DNA of 27,397 nt from a virus, in the IMG/VR virus record IMGVR_UViG_3300025082_000053. One strand, written 5' to 3'. The position numbers and the translations under genes were made by a program. Position 1 is the first letter of the stretch. Every line of letters starts with the position of its first letter. Below the pieces are notes generated by a model. The model was not told the origin of the DNA. It saw only the letters and a list, made by a program, of their open reading frames with translations, and made no database searches. Positions 15,005 to 23,551 of the stretch are shown in pieces.

Positions 15005-15185
15005 GTGGATGCGCTTAACCGTTTGTTAAACGCATAGAACAGGTGCATTTCTGCAGCTACTCCGTAGCTGGTAGGGGCTGGTTCTTTAAGCGTGCGGCCC
15101 TAGTTTTCACTGTGGAGGGGGGAGTTGAACGCAGTTCAATCTCCATTTCAACGAAATGTTACCCCTACACCGTGAAAACGGAAGG
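15005..15185 (-). promoter_or_regulatory. Long GC-rich structured 5' leader of the early transcript
   Basis: GUAGGGG/CCCCUAC stem (15162-68/15071-77) enclosing CAUUUC/GAAAUG, GGAG-UUGAAC/GUUCAA-CUCC and AGU-GAAA-ACU arms, followed by AGCUAC/GUAGCU and UGCGUUUAAC/GUUAAGCGCA hairpins. Confidence 0.5.
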
Positions 15186-15230
15186 GGACGCATGCAATGT
15201 ATATCCCACACACTCATTCTCCATTATTTT

Positions 15231-15260
15231 TTTATAATTTTTTTAAAAAGTACTTGACAA
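15231..15260 (-). promoter_or_regulatory. sigma70/sigmaA-type promoter for the early arm
   Basis: TTGTCA (15260-15255), 18-nt spacer, TATAAA (15236-15231). Confidence 0.6.
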
Positions 15261-15283
15261 GAGTATTGTAGAGGTGGTATATT
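15254..15283 (+). promoter_or_regulatory. sigma70/sigmaA-type promoter for the late arm
   Basis: TTGACA (15254-59), 18-nt spacer, extended -10 TGgTATATT (15275-83); A/T-rich upstream tract. Confidence 0.75.
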
Positions 15284-15316
15284 ATATATATTATTTTATA
15301 TAAATAGGAGATTATC

Positions 15317-15625
15317 ATGACGACAGCAGTAGCTAAATTTATAATAAGACATTATATGAAAGCACAAGCTCGGCGGGTTCCAGTCTCCAAGCTGGGGAAT
15401 TCTGTAAGAAAAGTATTTGAGCAGCATGGTGGACAATATAATGCTTTTATGAAAGCTAAGGCACACTTAATACATAATAAGAGGGTTAAAGCGGGAACAT
15501 ATAAATGGAGTGATGGTAACAAGTCCTGGAAATCTTCTTCCGGAGAAGGTAGGGAGAATTATCGAGCATCCCAAGCTAAGACTGGACCTTTGGTAGGCAG
15601 GGCACGTTATGGACTTGATAAATAA
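15317..15625 (+). CDS. Small highly basic protein, 102 aa
   Basis: AGGAG RBS; first gene after the late promoter; TAATG coupling to the next gene. Confidence 0.8.
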   Translation: MTTAVAKFIIRHYMKAQARRVPVSKLGNSVRKVFEQHGGQYNAFMKAKAHLIHNKRVKAGTYKWSDGNKSWKSSSGEGRENYRASQAKTGPLVGRARYGLDK

Positions 15626-16506
15626 TGGCTGCATCCTTACAAAACAGAATTGAAGACTACATAGGGCCTCGTCACAGTGACATGGAGCTTACTGATTGGG
15701 TCACCGCATTAAGTCAATGGTTAACAGCTTCTGCGAAGGAGCTTTTTGATATTATACCGGAGATGACATTAAAGAAGGTAGCTCCCGCCACGATATCGAG
15801 CGCAACCACTGGAACGAGCTTAGCAGGCAAGAGAATTTTTGGAGTAGACATAGCGGGGTATCCAGCGCGTGAGGTGCCCGCCCTTGAATGGGCCAAAGTT
15901 ACTAACCAAAACAGTATCCATTACGCTATAAGCACCGACCCAGTATTTTACATAAAGGAAGGTAAATTATACGTAATAAAAGACGGAGGTTTAACTGATG
16001 GAGGCAACATTCATTACATTTCCGCGCCTGAAGTAACATACGATTTGACAACTGTCCCTTATTTTCCAACCGAATACGAGCCATTGGTAGTTCTGGGTGC
16101 TGCAGTTCGCGGTAAAATGCGTCAGATCGTGGATACCCGGTCTACTCTTCCCATACTTCTTGATGATACAGATTTAGAGGAAATAGCTAATGCAGTAACT
16201 GCGGTTGATTTAGTTGATGATTTTGAAAAACTCAAGGAATACGTGGAGGATGAGGAGGATGTTGAGTTAGCTGGTGCCAAGGCGTCGGAGATAAAGGCAA
16301 AACTTGATGAAATGCAGGTTGAGTTAACTGCTGAGCAGCAAGATATGACTCACGAATACCAGCGACAGTTACAGATAGTAGCGAACAACATAAAGATAAT
16401 ATCAGGTGCAATTTCAAGTATGCAGGCGGAGTTACAGGGATTGCAGGGATTATACCAGCAGGAGCTTCAGATACTAATGGGTTCACAGCAAGGCGGGGAT
16501 AAATAG
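15625..16506 (+). CDS. Putative head-tail adaptor / tail tubular-like structural protein with C-terminal coiled coil
   Basis: DPVFYIKEGKLYVI...YISAP...FPTEYEPLVVLGAA pattern resembles phage adaptor proteins; lies upstream of the fibre genes. Function is inference. Confidence 0.55.
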   Translation: MAASLQNRIEDYIGPRHSDMELTDWVTALSQWLTASAKELFDIIPEMTLKKVAPATISSATTGTSLAGKRIFGVDIAGYPAREVPALEWAKVTNQNSIHYAISTDPVFYIKEGKLYVIKDGGLTDGGNIHYISAPEVTYDLTTVPYFPTEYEPLVVLGAAVRGKMRQIVDTRSTLPILLDDTDLEEIANAVTAVDLVDDFEKLKEYVEDEEDVELAGAKASEIKAKLDEMQVELTAEQQDMTHEYQRQLQIVANNIKIISGAISSMQAELQGLQGLYQQELQILMGSQQGGDK

Positions 16507-16860
16507 ATGGCTGTTAGTGTTTACGACATTGTAATTACCAAAAACACAGATTTTGAGGTAACACTTACTTTTAACGATGATACAGGTGCGCCAATGGACA
16601 TCGATGATTATGAATTTCAGGGTGAAATAAGGTCAACTCCCGGAGATGCCACATCAAACCCAGCAGAGTTCACTATTACAAAAACCAATGCGACCGGGGA
16701 GATAAAATTAGAGTTAACTGATGGTGTTACTGGTAATCTTACTGGGGAGAAATATTATTATGATATTGTAGGTGACAATGATGACGGGGATGGTATAAGA
16801 ACAATTCTTATTAGTGGGCGAGTGACTGTTTTGCCTGCTGTATCGAAAGACTGGTCATAG
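16507..16860 (+). CDS. Ig-like / BppU-N-like baseplate or fibre-attachment domain protein
   Basis: DIVITKNTDFEVTLTF.D..G.PMDI..YEFQGEIR...G.IKLELT....YYYDI...ILISGRVTV.P pattern. Confidence 0.7.
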   Translation: MAVSVYDIVITKNTDFEVTLTFNDDTGAPMDIDDYEFQGEIRSTPGDATSNPAEFTITKTNATGEIKLELTDGVTGNLTGEKYYYDIVGDNDDGDGIRTILISGRVTVLPAVSKDWS

Positions 16861-17142
16861 ATGGCTGAAGTATCAGTTAATCAGGCCGCACAAATTGCGG
16901 TAGCTGTAGATACTTCTATAGTTCCCACTGAGGTAGCTGTGAATACTTCTAGAGTTCCCACGGCAGAGAATACTACATTTGATCCCAGTGGGACAAGTCT
17001 TACCTCAACAAATCTTGAGGATGCAGTCAAAGAAGTAGCTGATAGATTCTTTCAGGGGGAGGATACCCCAACTTCGGGTCTTACAGAAGGAGATTTATGG
17101 TACGACGATGCAGCTGGAGAAATAAAGGTTTACAGTGAGTAA
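16861..17142 (+). CDS. Short tail-fibre-associated protein
   Basis: TNLEDAVKEVA and PTSGLTEGDLWYD..GEIKVY motifs common in phage fibre N-terminal modules. Confidence 0.7.
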   Translation: MAEVSVNQAAQIAVAVDTSIVPTEVAVNTSRVPTAENTTFDPSGTSLTSTNLEDAVKEVADRFFQGEDTPTSGLTEGDLWYDDAAGEIKVYSE

Positions 17143-17168
17143 TTTAATAATAGATAGGAGGTAACGAA

Positions 17169-18287
17169 ATGGCAACATGGAAAAGGCTGCTTCAAAGCGG
17201 CACAGTTGTTAATGCTGATCTTTCTGGTTCTGCTGGGATTACTGGTGATAATATAGCAGCGCTTGCTATTGATACAGCAGAAATTAGAAATGATGCAGTA
17301 ACAACAGTAAAAATCTTAAATGATGCAGTAACAGAAGATAAGTTAGCTGACACACTTTTAGCTGAGATTGATGCTAATACGGCTAAAGAAACTAATTATA
17401 CACATACAGGTGAAGTGACAGGTGACACAGCACTTACTATTGCAGGCAATGTAGTAGACGAGGCAAATCTTAAAGTAGATAACAGCCCAACTAATGATTA
17501 TGTTTTAACAGCAAAATCTTCTGCTGCTGGCGGACTGACTTGGACAAGCCCAACCGTAGGAGATATTACGGGAGTAACAGCAGGAACAGGAATGTCAGGT
17601 GGTGGAACATCTGGAACCGTTACACTTACTAATGCAGGAGTAACTTCAAATGTAGCAGGAAATGGTATAGATGTAAGTGGTGCAACAGGAGCAGTGACAA
17701 TATCCATCGGTACAGGTGAAGTTGTTAACGCAATGATGGCAGATGATGCAGTAGATAGCGATGAGTTGGCCGCTGGAGCAGTTGACGATGCTCACCTTTC
17801 TAATGGTGTAGCTTCAGGATTGGCTGGCACTGGTCTTACAGCTTCAAGTGGTGTTCTTTCAGTAAATGCCGCTCAAGGAATAACATCTGTATCAGGTAAC
17901 TTTACAGTTGGTGGTGATTTAACTGTTTCAGGCGATACAATTACTACATCAACCGAAACATTGGAAATTGCAAATAATACAATGGTTCTAAATTCGAACA
18001 ATACTTTAGGTGTATCAGTAGATGCTGGAATTGTAGTTCAAATAGGTGAAGGTAGTGGTAATAATCCCAGCTTATGGTTTGATTGCGCACAAGGCGCTGG
18101 AGCTGGTGACACTACCGGAAGATGGGTAGTAGGTTCTACTGACGATGCAACTGCTGTAATAGGTGGTTATGTCGCTGATGTTATGCAAATAAGAATAGAT
18201 GGCGCAGCTCCGGGTAGTGCTTCTGAAGTACCAATTGGACATATGCAATATCATAGTGGCGAACTATACGTACGCGTTGAAAATTAA
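17169..18287 (+). CDS. Tail fibre / virion appendage protein, 372 aa
   Basis: G/T/A/D-rich; AVTTVKI, GDITGVTAGTG, GNFTVGGDLTVSG repeats; GGAGG RBS. Confidence 0.8.
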   Translation: MATWKRLLQSGTVVNADLSGSAGITGDNIAALAIDTAEIRNDAVTTVKILNDAVTEDKLADTLLAEIDANTAKETNYTHTGEVTGDTALTIAGNVVDEANLKVDNSPTNDYVLTAKSSAAGGLTWTSPTVGDITGVTAGTGMSGGGTSGTVTLTNAGVTSNVAGNGIDVSGATGAVTISIGTGEVVNAMMADDAVDSDELAAGAVDDAHLSNGVASGLAGTGLTASSGVLSVNAAQGITSVSGNFTVGGDLTVSGDTITTSTETLEIANNTMVLNSNNTLGVSVDAGIVVQIGEGSGNNPSLWFDCAQGAGAGDTTGRWVVGSTDDATAVIGGYVADVMQIRIDGAAPGSASEVPIGHMQYHSGELYVRVEN

Positions 18288-18300
18288 ATAAGGAGCCTAT

Positions 18301-21300
18301 ATGGCATCTTGGAAACAACTTCTGTATACAGATGGTGATGGTAGCGGTCTATCTGGCCTATCCTCATCCCATACCCATTCATACCTCCCATTAATTGGTG
18401 GTACGCTTACAGGGAATTTAATTTTAAGCAGTAGATTAACTCTTGATTATGGTGGTGACCATTATTTAGAAGCAGGGACAGGTACTTGGACTTTTAAAAA
18501 TTCTGGTGGAACAAGTGCATTACAATTAAATTTTTCAGACCTATCAGCCATATTCGCTGGGAATATTAAGCGTTCCGACTCGAGTAATAATGTTGAATTC
18601 GATATTTCCGCTGATTCAAACCTAAATACAATAACATCGAAAAAATATCAAGCAGGGTATGGGAGAGCATTGTCAATCCGCACTAAAGAAAGTGCTGGTG
18701 AGTCTCTACGGATAGACACTTCAGGCAATGTCGGCATCGGGACAGATGCTCCTTCAGAGAAATTACATCTAGTTGATGGTGATATGATGGTAGACTCTGG
18801 TAGAGGTATTAGAGGACCAGCCGGTACTGAAATGATAAGGTTTAATACTTCAACTGGTACTCTAATTAACGCTGGTGGAGCAGTAGCATTAACTCTCGAT
18901 ACTTCTCAAAACGCCACATTTGCAGGGAGAGCAATTATTAATGGAGGTGGTGCAGGAACATATAATAATAATTTAGAGATAAACAATGATAGTACAGTTC
19001 CATCAAGAATATTCGTAAATAATACTGGAAGCACAGGATATACTGGTGCTGATATCGTACTTCAGACGCATCACGCACACCGCGGTGCAGGAATATATAC
19101 ATATAATACTGGTGATGATAGAGGGTTTTATATGGGAACTCCGTATGGGACTTCCAATCAATGGCATTTGTGTTACGAGGCAACAAGTGCATTTGATGTA
19201 GCTACAGCAGAAACTGCGCACTCAATATTCTATATAAATTCATCGGGTAGTGCCACATTTGCTGGGGATGTAAATGCTGTAAAAGGGACATTTTCTGATA
19301 ATGTATCGATTCCTGCGACAAAGAAATTATATTTAGATGGTGGTAGCAATACTTATATATCAGAATTTAATGGCGATAAAGTCAGAGTTGTTTGTGGTAA
19401 TGCAACAGCTATGTCTTGGTTTGATGCTAATACTTATATTCCAGCTACTGCCAAATTATTTTTTGATGGTAATACAGATATAACTGGAACTGGATTTGAT
19501 ACCTATATGTATCAATCACAAGGGAATAGACTTCATATTTATGTTGGAGGAAATAATACACTACAATTAGATGATGCTAACGCCACATTTGCTGGTGATA
19601 TAACAATGAGTGGTGTTATTTCAAGTACAACTGGTTCGTTTACTTATGCTAGTGGTACTCGCCTTGTAATAGGGAGTACTAATCCTATTAGTCGTGGTAG
19701 TTTGGGAAATGCTAATGCAACATTTGGCGTTGTAGGTGGTGAACCTGGAATAGAAATATATAGGAATACTTCTCCTGAACGTACACTTGGTATTAGGATA
19801 GGAGCATTTACTGAAACTGATGTTCGCCCTCAACTTTATTATGGAGGACAAGCATTAAGAATAGGTTATGTCCCTGCCGCATCAAATGCTGCATTGACTG
19901 ATGTTTTAACTCTTGGAATAGATGGCAAAGTCGGCATCGGGACAACGAGTCCAGATAAGACATTATCGGTTGCTGGGAATGCAATAATTGGACAAGATGT
20001 TACTAGTGGTTTCAGTTATATCTATCTTGGAGAAGAGGCTGATGCTGATAAGTGTCTTGTTTTTGGTTATGACCACGATAATAATTGGGGTGGTTTTTGT
20101 ATAGGTGGAGAGAGTCTTGGCACTGGGGGATTAAATATTGCAAATGGTGGCAATGTCGGTATCGGAACTACTTCGCCAACTTACGCATTGGATGTTGCAG
20201 GGAATGTAGGTGTTGACCAATACATTACTCACAATGGGGATACTAATACATATATAGATTTTCAAAATAATTATGTTGGTATGGTTGCTAATGGTAAGGT
20301 ACTTGTAAATAATGATGGCAATGTCGGCATAGGAATAACGAGTCCTCAGACACAACTAAATCTTAAACACGCTTCTGCTCCAAATATAAGATTAACTAGA
20401 ATTACTGCGGCTACTTCTGGCGGTATGGGCGCTATCCAATTTGGTAATTCAACGGACCAGATACTTGCACAAATTAGGTCAGAACAAGATGGAGCAACAG
20501 ATGCAGGTAAAATTATATTTAGCACTGAAGCAACTGGAGCAGGTGAAACTGATGCTTTAACTCTTGGTTCAGATAATAGTGCCACATTTGCTGGTGATAT
20601 AACAATGAGTAGTGCTGGTAATACTGAATTAATAATAGCAACAACAGACACTAATGATAGTAATACTAAGATTTCATTTAGGGATTCTGGTGGAGAAGCT
20701 GGCAGATTAGATTATAGTCATTATCTAAATGCACTGAAAGTTTTTGTTAATAGTGCTGAACGCATGCGTATTGATTCTTCAGGCAATCTCGGCATCGGTG
20801 AAACGAGTCCAGACACACTTCTTCATCTAAAAAGTGGTGCTCCATGTATACGTCTTGAAGATTCTGATGGGACAGATCTTTATGGAGAAATGTGTCACAA
20901 TGGTGGAACGCTTAGTCTTCTAGCTAGAAATGGAACGTCTGGAGCTTCACATGGTGTCATTCAGTTTCTATCTGGACATACTTCTACTCCACGTATGACC
21001 ATTGATCTAGCTGGCAAAGTCGGTATCGGGACAAGCAGTCCAGATGAGAAACTCCATGTACAAATTAGCGATGCAAGTCTATTAAGCGGTTTTGGTGAAA
21101 CTGGTGTTGTGTTTGAAAAAAATGATGCTTTGATTCAAGCATTTTTAACACCAACTGATAAATGGGCAGCAATTACTTTTCAGGATAGTAGTATGGGGGG
21201 TGGTGCTATTATGTATGACCACGGCACAGCCCTTGGTATGGGTGCTGGCAGTATGGGCTTTAGAACTGAATCTGCGAGTGTTTTTGATATGGTTATTACA

Positions 21301-22029
21301 TCAGGTGGCAAAGTCGGCATCGGGACTGCGAGTCCAGCACATGAGTTAGTTGTTCACAATGCAAATGGTGGTACAAATTCAGCTATTCAAATTTCAAATG
21401 ATGACAGTTCTACTGGAGCTGGTAATGGAGTAGAATTAGATTTGGCGGCTGGTGGAGTTAATTTCAGTTTATGGAATAATGAAAATGGTTATGTGAGATT
21501 TGGTACAAATAATACTACTGCCCTTACTCTGGATAATTCTCAAGACGCCACATTTGCTGGTGATTTGATTTTAAGTTCAAATAATTATTTATCTCTTAAC
21601 AATCAAAATAATAATAACCGAGCGTATATTGGGAATCAGGGCACGAATGCATCCCAAATATCCTTTATGGTTGGTGGGTACGGAAATGCATATGCAGAGC
21701 TTCTGCTTGAGAGTGGTTCCGCCACATTTGCTGGGGATGTTAGTATACCTGCAACTAAAAAGTTATATCTTGATGGTGGCAGCAATACTTACATCTATGA
21801 AAGCGCTAGTGACACAATTAGTTTTGCTGCTGGTATGGGCGGCACAGCACTCACACTTACTACATTACAATCCACATTCAGCGGGTCTGTACGATGTGGA
21901 GTAAACTTTCAGTCATCAGATGGTACATCAGGGGCAAATGTTGTTAAAAGTTGGGAAGACCCTGCACGGGATACACATACTGTAACTATTAAAGACGGAC
22001 TTATCACTTCATGGGTAATAGCACCATAA
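18301..22029 (+). CDS. Long modular tail fibre (receptor-binding) protein, 1242 aa
   Basis: Seven G(N/K)(V/L)GIG(T/I/E)xxP repeats and about seven ATFAG repeats separating variable modules; C-terminal DGTSG...TVTIKDGLIT motif. Confidence 0.88.
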   Translation: MASWKQLLYTDGDGSGLSGLSSSHTHSYLPLIGGTLTGNLILSSRLTLDYGGDHYLEAGTGTWTFKNSGGTSALQLNFSDLSAIFAGNIKRSDSSNNVEFDISADSNLNTITSKKYQAGYGRALSIRTKESAGESLRIDTSGNVGIGTDAPSEKLHLVDGDMMVDSGRGIRGPAGTEMIRFNTSTGTLINAGGAVALTLDTSQNATFAGRAIINGGGAGTYNNNLEINNDSTVPSRIFVNNTGSTGYTGADIVLQTHHAHRGAGIYTYNTGDDRGFYMGTPYGTSNQWHLCYEATSAFDVATAETAHSIFYINSSGSATFAGDVNAVKGTFSDNVSIPATKKLYLDGGSNTYISEFNGDKVRVVCGNATAMSWFDANTYIPATAKLFFDGNTDITGTGFDTYMYQSQGNRLHIYVGGNNTLQLDDANATFAGDITMSGVISSTTGSFTYASGTRLVIGSTNPISRGSLGNANATFGVVGGEPGIEIYRNTSPERTLGIRIGAFTETDVRPQLYYGGQALRIGYVPAASNAALTDVLTLGIDGKVGIGTTSPDKTLSVAGNAIIGQDVTSGFSYIYLGEEADADKCLVFGYDHDNNWGGFCIGGESLGTGGLNIANGGNVGIGTTSPTYALDVAGNVGVDQYITHNGDTNTYIDFQNNYVGMVANGKVLVNNDGNVGIGITSPQTQLNLKHASAPNIRLTRITAATSGGMGAIQFGNSTDQILAQIRSEQDGATDAGKIIFSTEATGAGETDALTLGSDNSATFAGDITMSSAGNTELIIATTDTNDSNTKISFRDSGGEAGRLDYSHYLNALKVFVNSAERMRIDSSGNLGIGETSPDTLLHLKSGAPCIRLEDSDGTDLYGEMCHNGGTLSLLARNGTSGASHGVIQFLSGHTSTPRMTIDLAGKVGIGTSSPDEKLHVQISDASLLSGFGETGVVFEKNDALIQAFLTPTDKWAAITFQDSSMGGGAIMYDHGTALGMGAGSMGFRTESASVFDMVITSGGKVGIGTASPAHELVVHNANGGTNSAIQISNDDSSTGAGNGVELDLAAGGVNFSLWNNENGYVRFGTNNTTALTLDNSQDATFAGDLILSSNNYLSLNNQNNNNRAYIGNQGTNASQISFMVGGYGNAYAELLLESGSATFAGDVSIPATKKLYLDGGSNTYIYESASDTISFAAGMGGTALTLTTLQSTFSGSVRCGVNFQSSDGTSGANVVKSWEDPARDTHTVTIKDGLITSWVIAP
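19582..20610 (+). repeat. Exact 30-nt direct repeat inside the fibre gene
   Basis: gccacatttgctggtgatataacaatgagt at 19582-19611 and 20581-20610. Confidence 0.9.
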
Positions 22030-22053
22030 CTAACAAAATAAGGAGATACAACA

Positions 22054-22275
22054 ATGGCTAATAAATTCACATTCGAGGGTGATGCACCTTCTAGTCCTGA
22101 TTTCAAGGACAGGCAGATCAAGCTCGAAAAGTCAGTAAAGCAGTATGAATACTTCTCTGTAAAACAACTTGAGAGTCAGCTTGCTCAGTGCGATACAGCT
22201 ATCGCAGACCAAGAAGCAAGAAAAGTAGACATACAGGCTAAGATAGACGCAGCGACAGCAGCACTATCAGACTAA
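22054..22275 (+). CDS. Small coiled-coil protein downstream of the fibre gene
   Basis: AAGGAG RBS; heptad-like C-terminal half. Confidence 0.75.
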   Translation: MANKFTFEGDAPSSPDFKDRQIKLEKSVKQYEYFSVKQLESQLAQCDTAIADQEARKVDIQAKIDAATAALSD

Positions 22276-22296
22276 TAACACAACTAAGGAGACAAC

Positions 22297-22650
22297 ATGA
22301 TACTAGGTGAACTCATTAACTCAACGGAAGCTCTTAGCAGATTAATGCAACAGCCAATGAAGGCTAAAGCATCGTTCAGACTTGCTAAGACAGTTAAACA
22401 AGTACAACCTCATATAGAAGCATTTGAGGAAACCCGAACTAAGATTGTCGAGCAATATGGCAAGAAAAATGGAGAAGGGTTTGTAATAGACCCCGAATCT
22501 AAAGGGTGGAAAAAGTACGTAAATGAACTGGAAGATGTGTTGAAAGAAGAGATAAAGCTGAATGTCAAGAAAATAACCTTGGCAAGTATAGCTCAAGCTG
22601 AGATTACTACTGCAGATGCTATCATACTAGAATGGCTAGTAGATGAATAA
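22297..22650 (+). CDS. Helical protein resembling DUF1617-type proteins found next to fibre genes (possible assembly chaperone)
   Basis: LGELINS.EAL..L....KASFRLAK..K.V...IEAFEE.R.KIVEQYG pattern; AAGGAG RBS. Confidence 0.6.
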   Translation: MILGELINSTEALSRLMQQPMKAKASFRLAKTVKQVQPHIEAFEETRTKIVEQYGKKNGEGFVIDPESKGWKKYVNELEDVLKEEIKLNVKKITLASIAQAEITTADAIILEWLVDE

Positions 22651-22823
22651 TGGACGCAGAACTTAGAGATAGAAAAAGAGAACTGGAAACCGTAAAAGAG
22701 AACTTAATGGCACAGTTAAATCAAGTAGTAGGCCGGATTACTGAAGTTAATGAATTAGAATCTAATGGCTACTATTTGGTTAAAAGGAAGGAAGCAAAAA
22801 AAAGTAAGAGTAAGAATGGATAA
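22650..22823 (+). CDS. Small coiled-coil protein, 57 aa (MDAELRDRKRELETVKENLMAQLNQVVGRI...)
   Basis: Not in the track; TAATG overlap with the upstream stop. Confidence 0.65.
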   Translation: MDAELRDRKRELETVKENLMAQLNQVVGRITEVNELESNGYYLVKRKEAKKSKSKNG

Positions 22824-23007
22824 TATCAATAAAAGAAGTGAACCGGGTTTTACTAGCACCAATGATTGCCGGTGTTTTGTATCAGGGTATGATTTAACTA
22901 ATGGAGAATTATCCGAACTTGTTTTGGATAATAATCAGTGCCCTATGCATTCATACAGCAAAGATACTGACGGCATTAACTATATCAAGCGCGAAATAAA
23001 CAAATGA
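22816..23007 (+). CDS. Small hypothetical protein with 3 Cys, 63 aa
   Basis: Track ORF 22765..23007; start moved to MDNINK to match operon packing. Confidence 0.55.
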   Translation: MDNINKRSEPGFTSTNDCRCFVSGYDLTNGELSELVLDNNQCPMHSYSKDTDGINYIKREINK

Positions 23008-23267
23008 ATGGCAACGAAAAAAAAGACTTGCAGACTGTTTTAGATGTGCTTACCAAGCACAGGCAAGAGAGCGGTGAACTGGCAAGTGTTGTGAATGATA
23101 TTAGGGTATGTCTGATGGGAGACCCCGCAAAGCACGAAGATTTGGGGTTGCAAGGTGCAGTAGACAGAAATACTGGCTTCCGCAAATCATCCGTAAAGGT
23201 TTTGTGGGTAATGATAACTGGGTTCATAGGAACAATGGCCATAGCAATTAAAAGTTATTTCAAATAA
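23004..23267 (+). CDS. Putative holin-like protein (C-terminal TM helix)
   Basis: Coiled-coil N-part plus VLWVMITGFIGTMAIAI; ATGA overlap. Confidence 0.6.
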   Translation: MNGNEKKDLQTVLDVLTKHRQESGELASVVNDIRVCLMGDPAKHEDLGLQGAVDRNTGFRKSSVKVLWVMITGFIGTMAIAIKSYFK

Positions 23268-23278
23268 GGAGAAATAAT

Positions 23279-23428
23279 ATGGAATTTTTATCAAACAATT
23301 GGGAATGGGTAGCAATAGCTATCCTTGTTGTAGATAAAGTAGTAGCAATGAGTCCGTCAAAGATGGATGATCTTATTTGGTCATCTGTGAAGAAGATTTT
23401 GGCGGGATTAAAACTGAAGAAGAAGTAG
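23279..23428 (+). CDS. Small putative holin, 49 aa (MEFLSNNWEWVAIAILVVDKVVAMSPSKMDDLIW...)
   Basis: Not in the track; AAGGAG RBS; hydrophobic helix, (S/T)P..DD pattern and basic tail. Confidence 0.7.
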   Translation: MEFLSNNWEWVAIAILVVDKVVAMSPSKMDDLIWSSVKKILAGLKLKKK

Positions 23429-23433
23429 GATGT

Positions 23434-23529
23434 TGGGTGTGGAGAGAGTATTTTGCGTAGTTTTTCCAACGCCAGTGAAGAGCTCGCTTTTACACAAAAG
23501 TGGTATCCTCTTCACACCCATAACTGGCG
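23434..23529 (+). promoter_or_regulatory. Intergenic RNA with two mutually exclusive stems
   Basis: Strand 23508-23520 pairs with 23434-23446 (13 bp, 1 G.U) or with 23475-23482 (8 bp, extended by 23470-74/23525-29). Confidence 0.45.
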
Positions 23530-23551
23530 CCACTAAAAAGGAGAGTAAAAA

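Noticed and set aside
15100-15170. tRNA gene (GUUCAA motifs on both strands, cloverleaf-like branching)
   Set aside because: No 5-bp T-stem around the UUCAA loop, no D-arm consensus and no anticodon arm.
18301-22029. Diversity-generating retroelement or invertase shufflon acting on the fibre
   Set aside because: No reverse transcriptase, template repeat or site-specific recombinase is in the window; the repeats are direct and in-frame.
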